The notes: generated by a model not told the origin, from the sequence alone. DNA of 64,000 nucleotides from Gammaproteobacteria bacterium (GCA_030431775.1 JAUIHW010000003.1:109190-173189), one strand, 5' to 3'. Counted from the stretch's first letter, positions 48,905-58,802 are shown. Numbers and translations are program-made.

Positions 48905-49680
48905 GCCAACGCCTCCCGAATTACCTGCCGCAGTTGCCAGAATCGCTCGTCTCCTTCAACTTTTTCGAAAGACCTTGGTCGTGGCATGGGCACGTCGAGG
49001 ACATCGCGCACCCTGCCGGGCCGAGCGGTCAGCATCAATACCCTGTCAGAGAGGAACAACGCCTCGCCGATATCATGGGTGACAAACACGATGGTGGTTC
49101 CCGCCTCAGCCCAGATTCTCAACAGTTCCACATTCATTGTGTCCCGGGTTTGCGCGTCCAGGGCTCCAAACGGCTCATCCATCAACAGGATCTCCGGCTG
49201 CATGACCAGGCCCCGCGCTACCGACACCCGCTGCTGCATGCCCCCGGATAGTTCATTGGGGTGGTGATGCAGGTAATCTTCAAGACCCACCATTTTGAGC
49301 ACGGAATACACTTTCTCCCGAGCGGTATCGTCGACCGTGCCATTGATTTCAAACGGTAGCAAAACGTTTTCCTCAATGGTTCGCCAAGGCAGGAGCACGG
49401 CTTTCTGAAACACGTAACCGATTCGCGGGTCCGGTTCCGTGACTGTTTTGCCTCCGATGACAATTTCGCCGGACGAGAGCGATAACAGCCCGCCAATACA
49501 GCGCAGCAGAGTGCTTTTACCGCAACCGCTGGGGCCCACGATAGACACAAACTCCCCGGGTTCGATATCAAGCTCGATGGAGTCCAGCGCCAAAATGTCG
49601 CCGGCTGCAGAATCGTAGACTTTGCTGGCTTGTCTGATTTCGATGCGTCCGCGTTCCACGGTTTGTTTGGAGGCGCTCAT
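48901..49680 (-). CDS. ABC transporter ATP-binding protein (NitT/TauT family)
   Basis: Walker A GPSGCGKST, signature LSGGMQQRVSVARG, and Walker B ILLMDEPFGALD are present. Confidence 0.95.
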   Translation of the reverse strand: MSASKQTVERGRIEIRQASKVYDSAAGDILALDSIELDIEPGEFVSIVGPSGCGKSTLLRCIGGLLSLSSGEIVIGGKTVTEPDPRIGYVFQKAVLLPWRTIEENVLLPFEINGTVDDTAREKVYSVLKMVGLEDYLHHHPNELSGGMQQRVSVARGLVMQPEILLMDEPFGALDAQTRDTMNVELLRIWAEAGTTIVFVTHDIGEALFLSDRVLMLTARPGRVRDVLDVPMPRPRSFEKVEGDERFWQLRQVIREALA

Positions 49681-50735
49681 TGCGAAACCTCTTCGTCCGA
49701 TGCATCAGCGTCCTCGGTGAGAAAGCGGTTGGTGATGACGCTCGCAATATCGATGCGCTCGCGCAGAATTCCAATAGTCACGGCCTGATCGGCAACAGCC
49801 TGCATGGATTCAGGGTCACACCAGCCTATGCCGTTAGCCGCGACACCCGGCCCGGATGACTGCATGTCGATGCGCATATCGATAATTGCCCGATTGCGCC
49901 CCGGATTGTCGGCGCCAAGCGCATGCCTGGCACCAATCTCCACGGCCTGCTCGGGATTGTTCGCAATCCAGTGCTTAGCCTTCTGAATGGCCGTGATCAG
50001 CTTGCCGGCAGTGGCTTCATTTTCCTGCAACCAGCTACGACGGGCAAAATAAATATCGTTAGGCCCGGGTACTTGCTCATAATCCCAAATCGCAAACCCC
50101 TGTTCCTGCGGATCGCCGCCACGCTGGAACATGGCCCAGTTAATGCTATCCCAGGTGGATGCCGCATCGACCGTGCCACCAAGCAGAACTGAAGCGAAAT
50201 CCCGTCCTACCGACGCCATGGTCACATCGTCTTCTGACAAACCATTCGCCGCGAGAAAGAACATAGCGTAGTAGCGGCTGGTGGAAGCCTGCGAGGTAAC
50301 CGCCAGAGTTTTGCCCTTGAGATCGGCCGGTTCCCGGATACCTTTTGCGGTATTGACGACCAGCTTCATCCAACTTTTCGGATACGGGCAGTAAAAACCC
50401 TGAATGTCCGCTCCCTGCTGGATCGCAAAATAGCCCGAAAAAGGGTCAGCCATGGCGATATCAGCATTGCCTGCCACGACGTACCGGACGGCATCCCCGG
50501 CACCTTCGGCAGATAATTGTTCCAGCCGGATGCCGGCGTCGGCCAGGTAACCCAATTCCTCGGCGACATAAAAGTCTATAAAATCAATAAACTTCGGCCC
50601 CCACGGAGCAATTCGCACGGTTGTCAGCCCGCCATTGGCTTCCTGCTCACCGCCCGCGGTGCCACCGTCACAAGCTGACAAAAATCCGAGTAAAAATAAC
50701 CACATACCGACGATGACAGGAGTGTTCAGTCGCAT
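49677..50735 (-). CDS. ABC transporter substrate-binding lipoprotein (NMT1/THI5-like, SsuA/TauA-type fold)
   Basis: The lipobox is LLGFLSA-C-DGG, the protein is 352 aa, and the gene has a 4-nt overlap with the ATPase gene. Confidence 0.75.
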   Translation of the reverse strand: MRLNTPVIVGMWLFLLGFLSACDGGTAGGEQEANGGLTTVRIAPWGPKFIDFIDFYVAEELGYLADAGIRLEQLSAEGAGDAVRYVVAGNADIAMADPFSGYFAIQQGADIQGFYCPYPKSWMKLVVNTAKGIREPADLKGKTLAVTSQASTSRYYAMFFLAANGLSEDDVTMASVGRDFASVLLGGTVDAASTWDSINWAMFQRGGDPQEQGFAIWDYEQVPGPNDIYFARRSWLQENEATAGKLITAIQKAKHWIANNPEQAVEIGARHALGADNPGRNRAIIDMRIDMQSSGPGVAANGIGWCDPESMQAVADQAVTIGILRERIDIASVITNRFLTEDADASDEEVSQ

Positions 50736-50770
50736 CTTGCTAGTTATATCTCTCAGCCGCAGGATTTGAC

Positions 50771-50799
50771 ATTCTATATTCTATATAATTTTGCGTAAA
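50771..50799 (-). promoter_or_regulatory. Candidate sigma70 promoter of the ABC/LLM/amidohydrolase/GntR operon (-35 TTTACG, 17 nt, -10 TAGAAT on the - strand)
   Basis: The reverse strand reads TTTACG-caaaattatatagaata-TAGAAT, about 30 nt upstream of ATG 50735. The -10 element lies inside the tandem ATTCTAT ATTCTAT and the shared 16-mer. Confidence 0.4.
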
Positions 50800-50917
50800 G
50801 TCCCTTCCCGCTCTATTTCCAGCTAACTTTGCTGCAATCCGACACAGACACTGCCAATGCTATGCTGGCACCATCAAAACCACTTTACTTCATCGCCAGC
50901 CAAATTGGAGGCACACA

Positions 50918-51751
50918 ATGGATCTGGGCTTAACCGGCAAAACAGCCGTTATCACCGGCGGCAGTGGCGGCATTGGCCGCGGCCTGGTACTGGAGTTTGC
51001 GCGCGAGGGTTTGAACGTGGTGTCGGCCTCACGAGATGTTGAAACGGGCGCCAAGCTTTCTGCAGAGGCCGAAGCCAATGACCTGCCCGGCAAAGTGCTG
51101 GCGGTTTCGACGGATGTCACCGACCGTCAATCCGTCGACGCCATGATAGCCCGCTGCCATGAGCAATTCGGCCCGGTGGATGTATTGGTTAACAATGCCG
51201 GCGGCGTGGCTCACCCGGCTAATTTCGAAGAATTGGACAGAGAAGCCCGGCAATGGGAGATCGCTTTAAATATTGACGGTGTGGTCAACTGTTGCCAGGC
51301 CGTGGCCGATGACATGCTGCAACGCGAGCATGGCTCCATCATCAATATTTCCTCCAACTCCTCGCTGCTCGGCGAGGCCGCGGCCAATATTGTGCACTAC
51401 GGCGGCGTGAAAGGCTTTGTCAACTCCTTCAGCAAATCACTGGCCTGGGAGTGGGCCAAACGCGGTGTGCGTGTTAACAACATCTGCCCCGGCTGGATTG
51501 TGCCAGAGCAGGAAGAACATGTTGGCGAAGGCAGCTTCTGGAACCGCTTTGGCTTCGACATGATGGGCCGCCCGGATGAGATGGAGCAGGCCCTGGAACA
51601 GGGTACGCTGTACAACATGAGCGGCCTGCCCATTCCCCGCCTCGGCAGACCCGAGGACATTGCTTATTTAAGCCTGTTTCTGGCCTCGGATTTGTCCGGC
51701 TACATCACCGGGCAACTGATCAGTGTGAGTGGCGGGGCGTATATGCCCTAG
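50918..51751 (+). CDS. SDR family oxidoreductase
   Basis: KTAVITGGSGGIGRGL, NNAGG and YGGVKGFVNSF are present. Confidence 0.9.
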   Translation: MDLGLTGKTAVITGGSGGIGRGLVLEFAREGLNVVSASRDVETGAKLSAEAEANDLPGKVLAVSTDVTDRQSVDAMIARCHEQFGPVDVLVNNAGGVAHPANFEELDREARQWEIALNIDGVVNCCQAVADDMLQREHGSIINISSNSSLLGEAAANIVHYGGVKGFVNSFSKSLAWEWAKRGVRVNNICPGWIVPEQEEHVGEGSFWNRFGFDMMGRPDEMEQALEQGTLYNMSGLPIPRLGRPEDIAYLSLFLASDLSGYITGQLISVSGGAYMP

Positions 51752-51770
51752 ATGCCGGCGCGGGCAGGCC

Positions 51771-52268
51771 CTACTGTGTCAGTGCCTGCCGATCCTTACG
51801 CACCACCCGGAAAACCGGTAGTTGCCGGTGCTGTTTGCAGGCTTCCTGGTAGCGCGCATACACCGGCGACAGATTGCACAGGCGCGCAAACTCCCGATCG
51901 TGTTCTTCACCAATCAACAGCGACACGTCTGCTTCGAAGGTGTTGCCACGCATCTCTACGATGGCCTCACCACGCACTCGCAGGTTTTTTGCCCAATGCG
52001 GGTCCACTGGAGTACCGCCGCGCGAGCCGCATATCAACACACTGACACCATCGCTGTGTGGAAAAGTGGGCAACACTACCTGGTGTAACTGTCCGGTTTT
52101 GCGGCCGTAAGTTTTGAAAATTCCGGGCTTGTTGTAGCCGGCTTTCTCGCTGCGCGTAAATACATAGATTATCGGTGAGAAATACAGATAGCGAACACAG
52201 AACAGGTCCACCCCATGGCCAAAGCGCGAGCTGTCAAACCAGCGGATGAAACGTTCTGTCAGGCTCAT
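51771..52268 (-). CDS. DUF385 / deazaflavin-dependent nitroreductase-like (split beta-barrel, PNPOx-like) protein
   Basis: ..TYGRKTGQLHQVVLP..VLICGSRGGTPVDPHWAKNLRVRGEAIVEM.. resembles the GRKSG..ASKGG..P.WY.NL core of the family. Confidence 0.55.
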   Translation of the reverse strand: MSLTERFIRWFDSSRFGHGVDLFCVRYLYFSPIIYVFTRSEKAGYNKPGIFKTYGRKTGQLHQVVLPTFPHSDGVSVLICGSRGGTPVDPHWAKNLRVRGEAIVEMRGNTFEADVSLLIGEEHDREFARLCNLSPVYARYQEACKQHRQLPVFRVVRKDRQALTQ

Positions 52269-54052
52269 AATTCTGCCTCACGAAAGGTGAACTCGCCTTC
52301 CAATAAAGTACCCAGAACTCTGATTTTATGTATTTCACTGGGTGCAACTTCGAAAGGGTTTTGTTCCAGAATAACCAAATCCGCGTACTTACCAACTTCC
52401 AGGCTACCAATTTTATCTTCCATCCTGAGCTGCCAGGCTGCATCGATAGTCACCGCACGTAGCGCCTGCTCGAGAGTCATACCAGTACGTCCTGGTGGAT
52501 AGGCTTTGGACCGCTCTCCGTCCATAGGCGTCCGTAAAGTTACGGCTGCGGCCACCTGGTAAAGCGGTGCCTGTGTTTCAAAAGGGCCGCTACTGGGCAG
52601 ATCGGCCGAAATGGATACATTCACGCCGTCGCGTGCAAGATTCGGATACAGCGATATCTCGGCAAATACCCGCTCCTCACCAAGTAAACGCGAATAGATC
52701 TCGTCCTGCCCAGACCAATCGGTTGAGAACGTAGGTGTTACATTGATCGGTATGTCCAGGTCAACGATGCGCTGGTAGTCATCGGGGTGTACAAAGCCCA
52801 GATGATGTAATGAGTTTCTTGCGTTTTTGTTCCCGGCGTTTCTGCTGGATTCAATCGCATCAATACCGGCACGCACTTCGGCATCGCCCCAAGCGTGCAG
52901 CACCACATCCACTCCAAGCCTATTAGCCTGAAGCATGATCTCCTTGATCGTCTTAGGAGAAATTCCGAAATGACCGTGAGTCGATTTGCCTGCGTACGGC
53001 TCAACGAAGGGCGAGCCATAGCTTTCCATATTGGCCGCCGGATGGACTTTAAGGCTGCGCACCCGTAGTCGGTCAGTGTCGTAGCGATTCATCATGTCAG
53101 CAGTGAATTCGGCCAGATCCACCAGGTTGGCTTCGGGCACTTTCAGCATGGGCATGATTTGCACTCTCAGCGGCAGCTCACCTTCTTTAAGAAGGCCGGC
53201 CAGCATACTGGCTGCGATACGAAAGTCTTCCTTCATCCACTCCGGATTCAGCGCAGTTGGTGTTATAAGGCCGGTATCTTGAAACGCCGTCACACCGTGA
53301 CTCGCAGCCAACGCGAACAGTTGCCTGGTGCTGGCACGCATCATTTGTTCCGGCTGCCAGGCTCCGGCCGCAATAAATGGCGGCATCCACTCAAGTTCCA
53401 CAGCCACTCCTGTAGGCTGACCTGTTTCATCTCGAACCCAGAAAGAGGTGCCGGGCTGGCGGTCGGCCGTGTTTTTATCGATGCCACCAGCCGCCATGGC
53501 GGCACTGTTCAGCCAGCCGTCATGACCTGTATAGTCGATCAGAAAGGCTGGTCGATCGGGAACCGCCCTATCGAGCTCTTTGGCCGTTGGATAACGCCCG
53601 AGAGTACTCATTGTCCAGCCAATACCGCGGATTATCTTCTTATCTGGATGCGCGTCGGCATACTCCTTAACCCGCTGCAACGCCTGTTCAATGGAGGTGA
53701 CGTCAAATAGCTGCACACCGCTAAGCAACCAAAGAGAGCTTACCAAGTGGTCGTGTGCACTGACGAAGCCGGGCATGACCACACGCCCCTGCAAGTCCAA
53801 CACTTCAGTCGCGCCGCCGCGCAAAGCTTCCACGCCAGCCATGCTCCCAACGTAAACAATGCGTCCATCCTTCATTGCCAATGCGTTAGCCCAAGGCTGA
53901 GCCGGATTGATTGTATAAGCTTTGACGTTCTTGAAAATTGTATCCGCGTATTGTTGCGCTGCACGGTCTTCGGCGAGCGCCAGCTTGCAAGCTGCAACTA
54001 CACAGAGCAGGCCGACAATGGATTTTGAGATAAACGCAACAAACATGTTCAT
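52265..54052 (-). CDS. Secreted amidohydrolase (Amidohydro_3 / YtcJ-like)
   Basis: The signal peptide is MNMFVAFISKSIVGLLCVVAACKLALA. PGFVSAHDHL (HxH-type), ..HAWGD.., ..HHLGFVHPDD.. and ..SADLPS.. are present. Confidence 0.8.
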   Translation of the reverse strand: MNMFVAFISKSIVGLLCVVAACKLALAEDRAAQQYADTIFKNVKAYTINPAQPWANALAMKDGRIVYVGSMAGVEALRGGATEVLDLQGRVVMPGFVSAHDHLVSSLWLLSGVQLFDVTSIEQALQRVKEYADAHPDKKIIRGIGWTMSTLGRYPTAKELDRAVPDRPAFLIDYTGHDGWLNSAAMAAGGIDKNTADRQPGTSFWVRDETGQPTGVAVELEWMPPFIAAGAWQPEQMMRASTRQLFALAASHGVTAFQDTGLITPTALNPEWMKEDFRIAASMLAGLLKEGELPLRVQIMPMLKVPEANLVDLAEFTADMMNRYDTDRLRVRSLKVHPAANMESYGSPFVEPYAGKSTHGHFGISPKTIKEIMLQANRLGVDVVLHAWGDAEVRAGIDAIESSRNAGNKNARNSLHHLGFVHPDDYQRIVDLDIPINVTPTFSTDWSGQDEIYSRLLGEERVFAEISLYPNLARDGVNVSISADLPSSGPFETQAPLYQVAAAVTLRTPMDGERSKAYPPGRTGMTLEQALRAVTIDAAWQLRMEDKIGSLEVGKYADLVILEQNPFEVAPSEIHKIRVLGTLLEGEFTFREAEL

Positions 54053-54292
54053 GGTGACATTCGCTCCTTACTTGCCAGCCACTCACTGCAACCGGTTCAT
54101 TCGGACGCAGTCACGAACGAAACGGTTTCAGCAGCAATAAGCCAACGCATTATGTTACCGCCCGGTTGGTAGGTTATAATGGCTTATAAGGTAAAGGCAA
54201 GCCAATAAGCTGGCCGTACTGATAGATAGATTGATGAACGAGCGTGCCCAGACGAAAGCACTGGGGCCGGCAACCGTGGTACCACACTTACG

Positions 54293-54910
54293 ATGAATGC
54301 GAGAAGTTGGCAAGTAAAAGGCCCGAGATCCAAAAGGGCGCGCGAAGCCAAACGCATGCTGCTGTTGGAAACGGCCGCAAAAATGTTTAACGAACGAGGA
54401 TACGAAAACACCTCGCTCACAGACCTAGCTGATGCGCTGGGCATAACCAAACCCTCTCTCTACTATTACGTTCGTAATAAGGAAGCAATATTTCTAGGTA
54501 TTTTCGAAATCACTCGTTCAGCCTTATTACAAGCAGCGGACGAAGCACGACTCAACCATTCAACCGGGCTGAATCAGTTAAAGGCTTTCATGACCACCTA
54601 TATGGATCTGACCTCCTCCGATCTGGGTAAGTGCGTGATCCGCATGAACAGCATTGTACTTTCTAACGAAAATATTCAAGCGCTAAAGGAAATGAAACAG
54701 GAAATCGATGCGGCGCTGGTGGGCATTATACGGAACGGAGTTCAGGACGGGACGCTAAGCACTCTATCACCGAAAATAGCGGCCTCTGCAATTTTTGGCG
54801 CTATGAACTGGCTGGTTTTCTGGCACAACGAAGACAAGCGAAGCGACTTGAATATGATCAAGGAAATCTACCTGGAAACTTTTCTGAAAGGCCTGGAAAA
54901 AACACCATGA
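54293..54910 (+). CDS. TetR/AcrR family transcriptional regulator
   Basis: RMLLLETAAKMFNERGYENTSLTDLADALGITKPSLYYYVRNKEAIF is present. Confidence 0.9.
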   Translation: MNARSWQVKGPRSKRAREAKRMLLLETAAKMFNERGYENTSLTDLADALGITKPSLYYYVRNKEAIFLGIFEITRSALLQAADEARLNHSTGLNQLKAFMTTYMDLTSSDLGKCVIRMNSIVLSNENIQALKEMKQEIDAALVGIIRNGVQDGTLSTLSPKIAASAIFGAMNWLVFWHNEDKRSDLNMIKEIYLETFLKGLEKTP

Positions 54911-54959
54911 CACAGAGACTGGCAGAGTTACCTTGCTTGTCATCAGTGGCCAGCTCTTC

Positions 54960-55790
54960 TTACCCCTTTGCGGGGTGAACTCTGGAACCATGTTGCGCCA
55001 GATACTCGTTAAGCACACCAAGCGTTTCAGAGTCTCCAAATAGCCTGGCCTGTGCACCTCGCTCCAGTTCCAGATAATCGTGCAACACACAGCCTCGCGA
55101 GCCATTGACCAACTGCTTTACCTCAACGGCCGCCGATCGTGGTAACTCAGCTATTCGAGCTATCAGTTCCCGTGCCTTGGTCTGCAACTCTCCATCTTCC
55201 CAGCAGGCCCAAATCAGTCCTGAATCAGCCGCATACGCAGCGTCAATTGGCTCTCCCAGCAGCGAATGAGCCATTGTTCGCGCAGTACCAATTCGATCTT
55301 GCAAAAATGATACCGCCCCCAGGTCGGGTATCAATCCGAGTTTCGGTACGAATGGTAGGCTGAAGTAGGCACTCTTGGCCGCCACAGTGATATCCGCGGC
55401 CAATGCCAGACCGGCACCGCCGCCAACGGCCGGACCATTAACAACAGCAACGACAATACCCGGGAAGGTGTGTATCTCTTTTACCAGTTCCTGCGCATCT
55501 CCTAGCGCTGCGTAACTGTTTTCATAGCGCTCCTCAGCCCGACCTTGGCCCTGCTTAAGCACACCGTCCACCCAGCCCAGATCCGCACCGGCGCAGAATG
55601 CCCGCCCGGCGCCCGTCAGTTCCACGACAAAGACCCCTTGAGTTCTGAATTGATCAAGCGCCTGGCGGCACTCGGCAATGTTCTGCTGGCTAAGCGGATT
55701 CAGCACTTGTTCCTGATTCAGCACAATACGGCCCGTGCGTGCAGTCTTCTCGACAAGAATCAGTTCAGGCTTCGCCGTTTTATTCACCAT
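54960..55790 (-). CDS. Enoyl-CoA hydratase/isomerase family
   Basis: VVELTGAGRAFCAGADL..AVVNGPAVGGGAGLALAADI is present. Confidence 0.85.
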   Translation of the reverse strand: MVNKTAKPELILVEKTARTGRIVLNQEQVLNPLSQQNIAECRQALDQFRTQGVFVVELTGAGRAFCAGADLGWVDGVLKQGQGRAEERYENSYAALGDAQELVKEIHTFPGIVVAVVNGPAVGGGAGLALAADITVAAKSAYFSLPFVPKLGLIPDLGAVSFLQDRIGTARTMAHSLLGEPIDAAYAADSGLIWACWEDGELQTKARELIARIAELPRSAAVEVKQLVNGSRGCVLHDYLELERGAQARLFGDSETLGVLNEYLAQHGSRVHPAKG

Positions 55791-55800
55791 GTTCTTTCTC

Positions 55801-56631
55801 TCAAATACCGGTAATACCGCCCGTACACATCAGTGTCTGCCCACTGACGAAATCCGATTCCGGTATGCAAAACAGATACACAGCGCCGGCAGCTTCCTCA
55901 GGTGTTGCGCCTCGACCGAACGGAATGGAACGTTCAACCGTCTGCAGCAGGTCCGGATTGACGCCAATCGCGATCTCCCGCCCCTCAATCGTTGCCATCT
56001 CGTTGTCCGCGGCACTACCGGTGAGCCGTGTTTTGACCAGGCCAAAAGCAACACAATTAACGGTTGTATTGATGCGACCCCACTCCTTGGCAAGCGTCTT
56101 GGTCATACCGACAATCCCGGCTTTGGCGGCTGAATAGTTCACCTGTCCCGCATTACCGAACAAGCCGGCCACCGAAGAAATGTTCACGACCTTGCGCATC
56201 TTGTGTTCGCCTTGCTGCAGCTCACTTTTACTCAGCTGTCTGATTACAGGCTGCGCGGCACGCAGTATGCGAAACGGCGCCGTTAGATGCAGATCAATCA
56301 TTGCGTACCATTGTTCATCTGTCATTTTCTGAACCACATTATCCCAGGTGTACCCCGCGTTGTTCACAACAATATCCAGACCGCCGTATGCCTTGACGGC
56401 TGTTTGAATGAATCGGTCCGCAAAATCCGGTGCACTAACACTCCCAACGCACGCAATTGCCTCACCACCCGCGTCACGGATGGCCTGTACAGTCTCATCA
56501 GCGGGCTCAACATCGAGGTCATTGACCACAAGCTTTGCACCTTCAGCTGCAAGCTTGAGCGCAACTGCCCTGCCTATGCCGCGTCCGGAACCAGTGATAA
56601 GCGCTACCTTTCCATCCACTTTACCTTGCAT
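55801..56631 (-). CDS. SDR (3-hydroxyacyl-CoA dehydrogenase-type)
   Basis: KVALITGSGRGIGRAVA, NNAG and YSAAKAGIVGMT are present. Confidence 0.85.
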   Translation of the reverse strand: MQGKVDGKVALITGSGRGIGRAVALKLAAEGAKLVVNDLDVEPADETVQAIRDAGGEAIACVGSVSAPDFADRFIQTAVKAYGGLDIVVNNAGYTWDNVVQKMTDEQWYAMIDLHLTAPFRILRAAQPVIRQLSKSELQQGEHKMRKVVNISSVAGLFGNAGQVNYSAAKAGIVGMTKTLAKEWGRINTTVNCVAFGLVKTRLTGSAADNEMATIEGREIAIGVNPDLLQTVERSIPFGRGATPEEAAGAVYLFCIPESDFVSGQTLMCTGGITGI

Positions 56632-56633
56632 GA

Positions 56634-57071
56634 TTATGACTCCACAGTGTTGTTCGCCGGCAATGCGACTATGGCATTGCCTGAGATTTTTAACTCGCCA
56701 TACTGGTTGGCGCTGTCAAGCGCAATTCGCACTGCACATTCCCCTTCCAGCTCAAGCTTTTCTGTCACCCGACCGCGGCAGGTAATAATGTTGCCGAGAT
56801 GGGTAACGCCTATAAATCGCGCATCAAACTCTCGCAGCTGAGCTTGCGGTACCCAGGAGGTCAGCAGCCTTCCAGCCCAGGCCATACCAAGCATTCCGTG
56901 CGCAAACACATCGGGAAGACCAGCACGCCGTGCAGCGTCCAGGTCAATATGAATCGCGTTGTGATCACCTGAGGCTCCGGCAAACAATGCCAGTGTCGTG
57001 CGATCCACGGGCGGTAGTGTCAATGGTGGCAGCTCGTAGCCAACCTCAATATCTTCGAACATAACAGTCAT
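56634..57071 (-). CDS. MaoC-type hot-dog hydratase subunit (HadB/ChsH2-like catalytic subunit, no DUF35 extension)
   Basis: FAGASGDHNAIHIDLDAARRAGLPDVFAHGML is the DxNxxH hydratase motif. Confidence 0.8.
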   Translation of the reverse strand: MTVMFEDIEVGYELPPLTLPPVDRTTLALFAGASGDHNAIHIDLDAARRAGLPDVFAHGMLGMAWAGRLLTSWVPQAQLREFDARFIGVTHLGNIITCRGRVTEKLELEGECAVRIALDSANQYGELKISGNAIVALPANNTVES

Positions 57072-57090
57072 CTAGCAACCTCCATTACCG

Positions 57091-57531
57091 CTAATGGCGA
57101 CAAACCAGAACCGAGCGCAACTCAGCGACCAGCTCACCGTTCTGATCATTGGCACGAGAGGTGTTTACAACGAACTCCAATGCGCCACCCTTTTTTTCGT
57201 AAATATCGTCCACTGTCGATTGAACGGTAATTACATCTCCGGCACAGACCGGCCGGTGATAACGAAATGCCTGCTCGCCGTGAAGTAACCTGGACAATGG
57301 AATGCCCAGCTCATTGAGCAGTGCCTCGGTTTCCCCCGAATCCATTTCCGCCGCGAAGATAAATGTCGGCGGCGCTACCACATCCGAATAGCCAGCCGCA
57401 CGAGCCGCTTCCGGATCAAGATATATAGCCGCGGATTCACCGATTGCCTTAGCGAAAAACTGAACTCGCCTACGTTCAATTGGTAGTACAGATGGCTTTG
57501 TCGTTCGACCAATCCATTTTCTGTCAATCAT
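57091..57531 (-). CDS. MaoC_dehydrat_N-type hot-dog subunit (HadA/ChsH1-like non-catalytic partner)
   Basis: ..IERRRVQFFAKAIGESAAIYLDPEAARAAGYSDVVAPPTF..LLHGEQAFRYHRPV.. is present, with a 4-nt overlap with the upstream thiolase gene. Confidence 0.75.
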   Translation of the reverse strand: MIDRKWIGRTTKPSVLPIERRRVQFFAKAIGESAAIYLDPEAARAAGYSDVVAPPTFIFAAEMDSGETEALLNELGIPLSRLLHGEQAFRYHRPVCAGDVITVQSTVDDIYEKKGGALEFVVNTSRANDQNGELVAELRSVLVCRH

Positions 57532-58727
57532 ACGGTAGCTCCTCCAATCCGTTCATAAAGTGTGACCACGCATGCCCCGCCAAGGCCTACGTTGTGTTGC
57601 AGAGCGAGCGTGGCGCCGTCAACCTGTCTGGCTTCGGCTGCACCGCGTAGTTGCTGCACAAGTTCATAGCATTGGGCCAGACCTGTCGCGCCCAATGGGT
57701 GTCCCTTGGACAATAGGCCGCCGGACGGATTGGTTACGACACGGCCTCCATAGGTGTTATCACCATCGGTAATAAACTGCGGGGCGCCCCCCTTGCCGCA
57801 TAAGCCTAGAGCCTCATACATCAGAAGCTCATTCTGGGCAAAACAGTCATGCAGTTCGACGAGCTGTACGTCCCTTGGATCGACACCTGAAGATTCATAC
57901 ACCCGTTGGCTTGCGTCTTCAGCCATGCCCACTCCAACAAGCTGTCGCATATCATGTGCGTCGAAGCTGTCTGGCCGGTCAGTAGTCATTACCTGCGCTT
58001 TAATCCGCACGTTTGTGCGTAATCCATTTCGCCGTGCGTAGTCCGGCGAACACAGAATGGCCGCAGCTGCGCCACAGGTGGGTGGGCAGGCCATCAGGCG
58101 GGTAAGTACCCCCGGCCAGATAGACGGCGATTCAAGCACCTGTTCTTCGGTAATTTCTTGACGGAATATCGCGAACGGATTGTTCACTGCATGCCGGCTG
58201 GCTTTGGCCCTAATTTTTGCGAATACATCAAGACCAACACCATACTCCCGCATGTAGGCTTTCCCGGCACCGCCAAAATAGCGCAGTGCAAGCGGGATAT
58301 CACTGTTGTCGGTGAGCGCGTCCGCCTCGGCATCAAACCATTCAAAAGGCGACGGGCGATCGGTGAACAGAGTCCCCAATGCACCAGGATTCATCTGCTC
58401 AAAACCAAGAGCCAGCGCACAATCGACCGCACCACTGGCCACTGCCTGGCGCGCCAGATACAGCGCCGTTGAGCCCGTCGCGCAATTGTTGTTAACGTTG
58501 ACAACCGGCAAACCGGTCATGCCCACTTCATATAGAGCACGTTGCCCGCTGGTGGAATCGCCATACACATAGCCAACGTAGGCTTGCTGTATTTGCTTAT
58601 ATTCAATATTGGCATCTGCCAGTAAACCGCGCACTGCTTTTGCGGCCATCGTCGGATACGGCTCATTGGCACCCGGCTTGGTAAACGGAACCATAGCAAT
58701 CCCACTTACGCATACCTCACGAGACAT
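57528..58727 (-). CDS. SCPx / lipid-transfer-protein-type thiolase
   Basis: ..VNVNNNCATGSTALYLA.. carries the nucleophilic Cys. ..NPSGGLLSKGHPLGATGL.. and ..HNVGLGGACVV.. are also present. Confidence 0.85.
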   Translation of the reverse strand: MSREVCVSGIAMVPFTKPGANEPYPTMAAKAVRGLLADANIEYKQIQQAYVGYVYGDSTSGQRALYEVGMTGLPVVNVNNNCATGSTALYLARQAVASGAVDCALALGFEQMNPGALGTLFTDRPSPFEWFDAEADALTDNSDIPLALRYFGGAGKAYMREYGVGLDVFAKIRAKASRHAVNNPFAIFRQEITEEQVLESPSIWPGVLTRLMACPPTCGAAAAILCSPDYARRNGLRTNVRIKAQVMTTDRPDSFDAHDMRQLVGVGMAEDASQRVYESSGVDPRDVQLVELHDCFAQNELLMYEALGLCGKGGAPQFITDGDNTYGGRVVTNPSGGLLSKGHPLGATGLAQCYELVQQLRGAAEARQVDGATLALQHNVGLGGACVVTLYERIGGATV

Positions 58728-58802
58728 ATCTTACGTTCCTTTTCAGGCCGCCAACGACAGCGCGGAACATCGCGCGAGCGCTAAAAATGGAAGCACCTTT
58801 TC

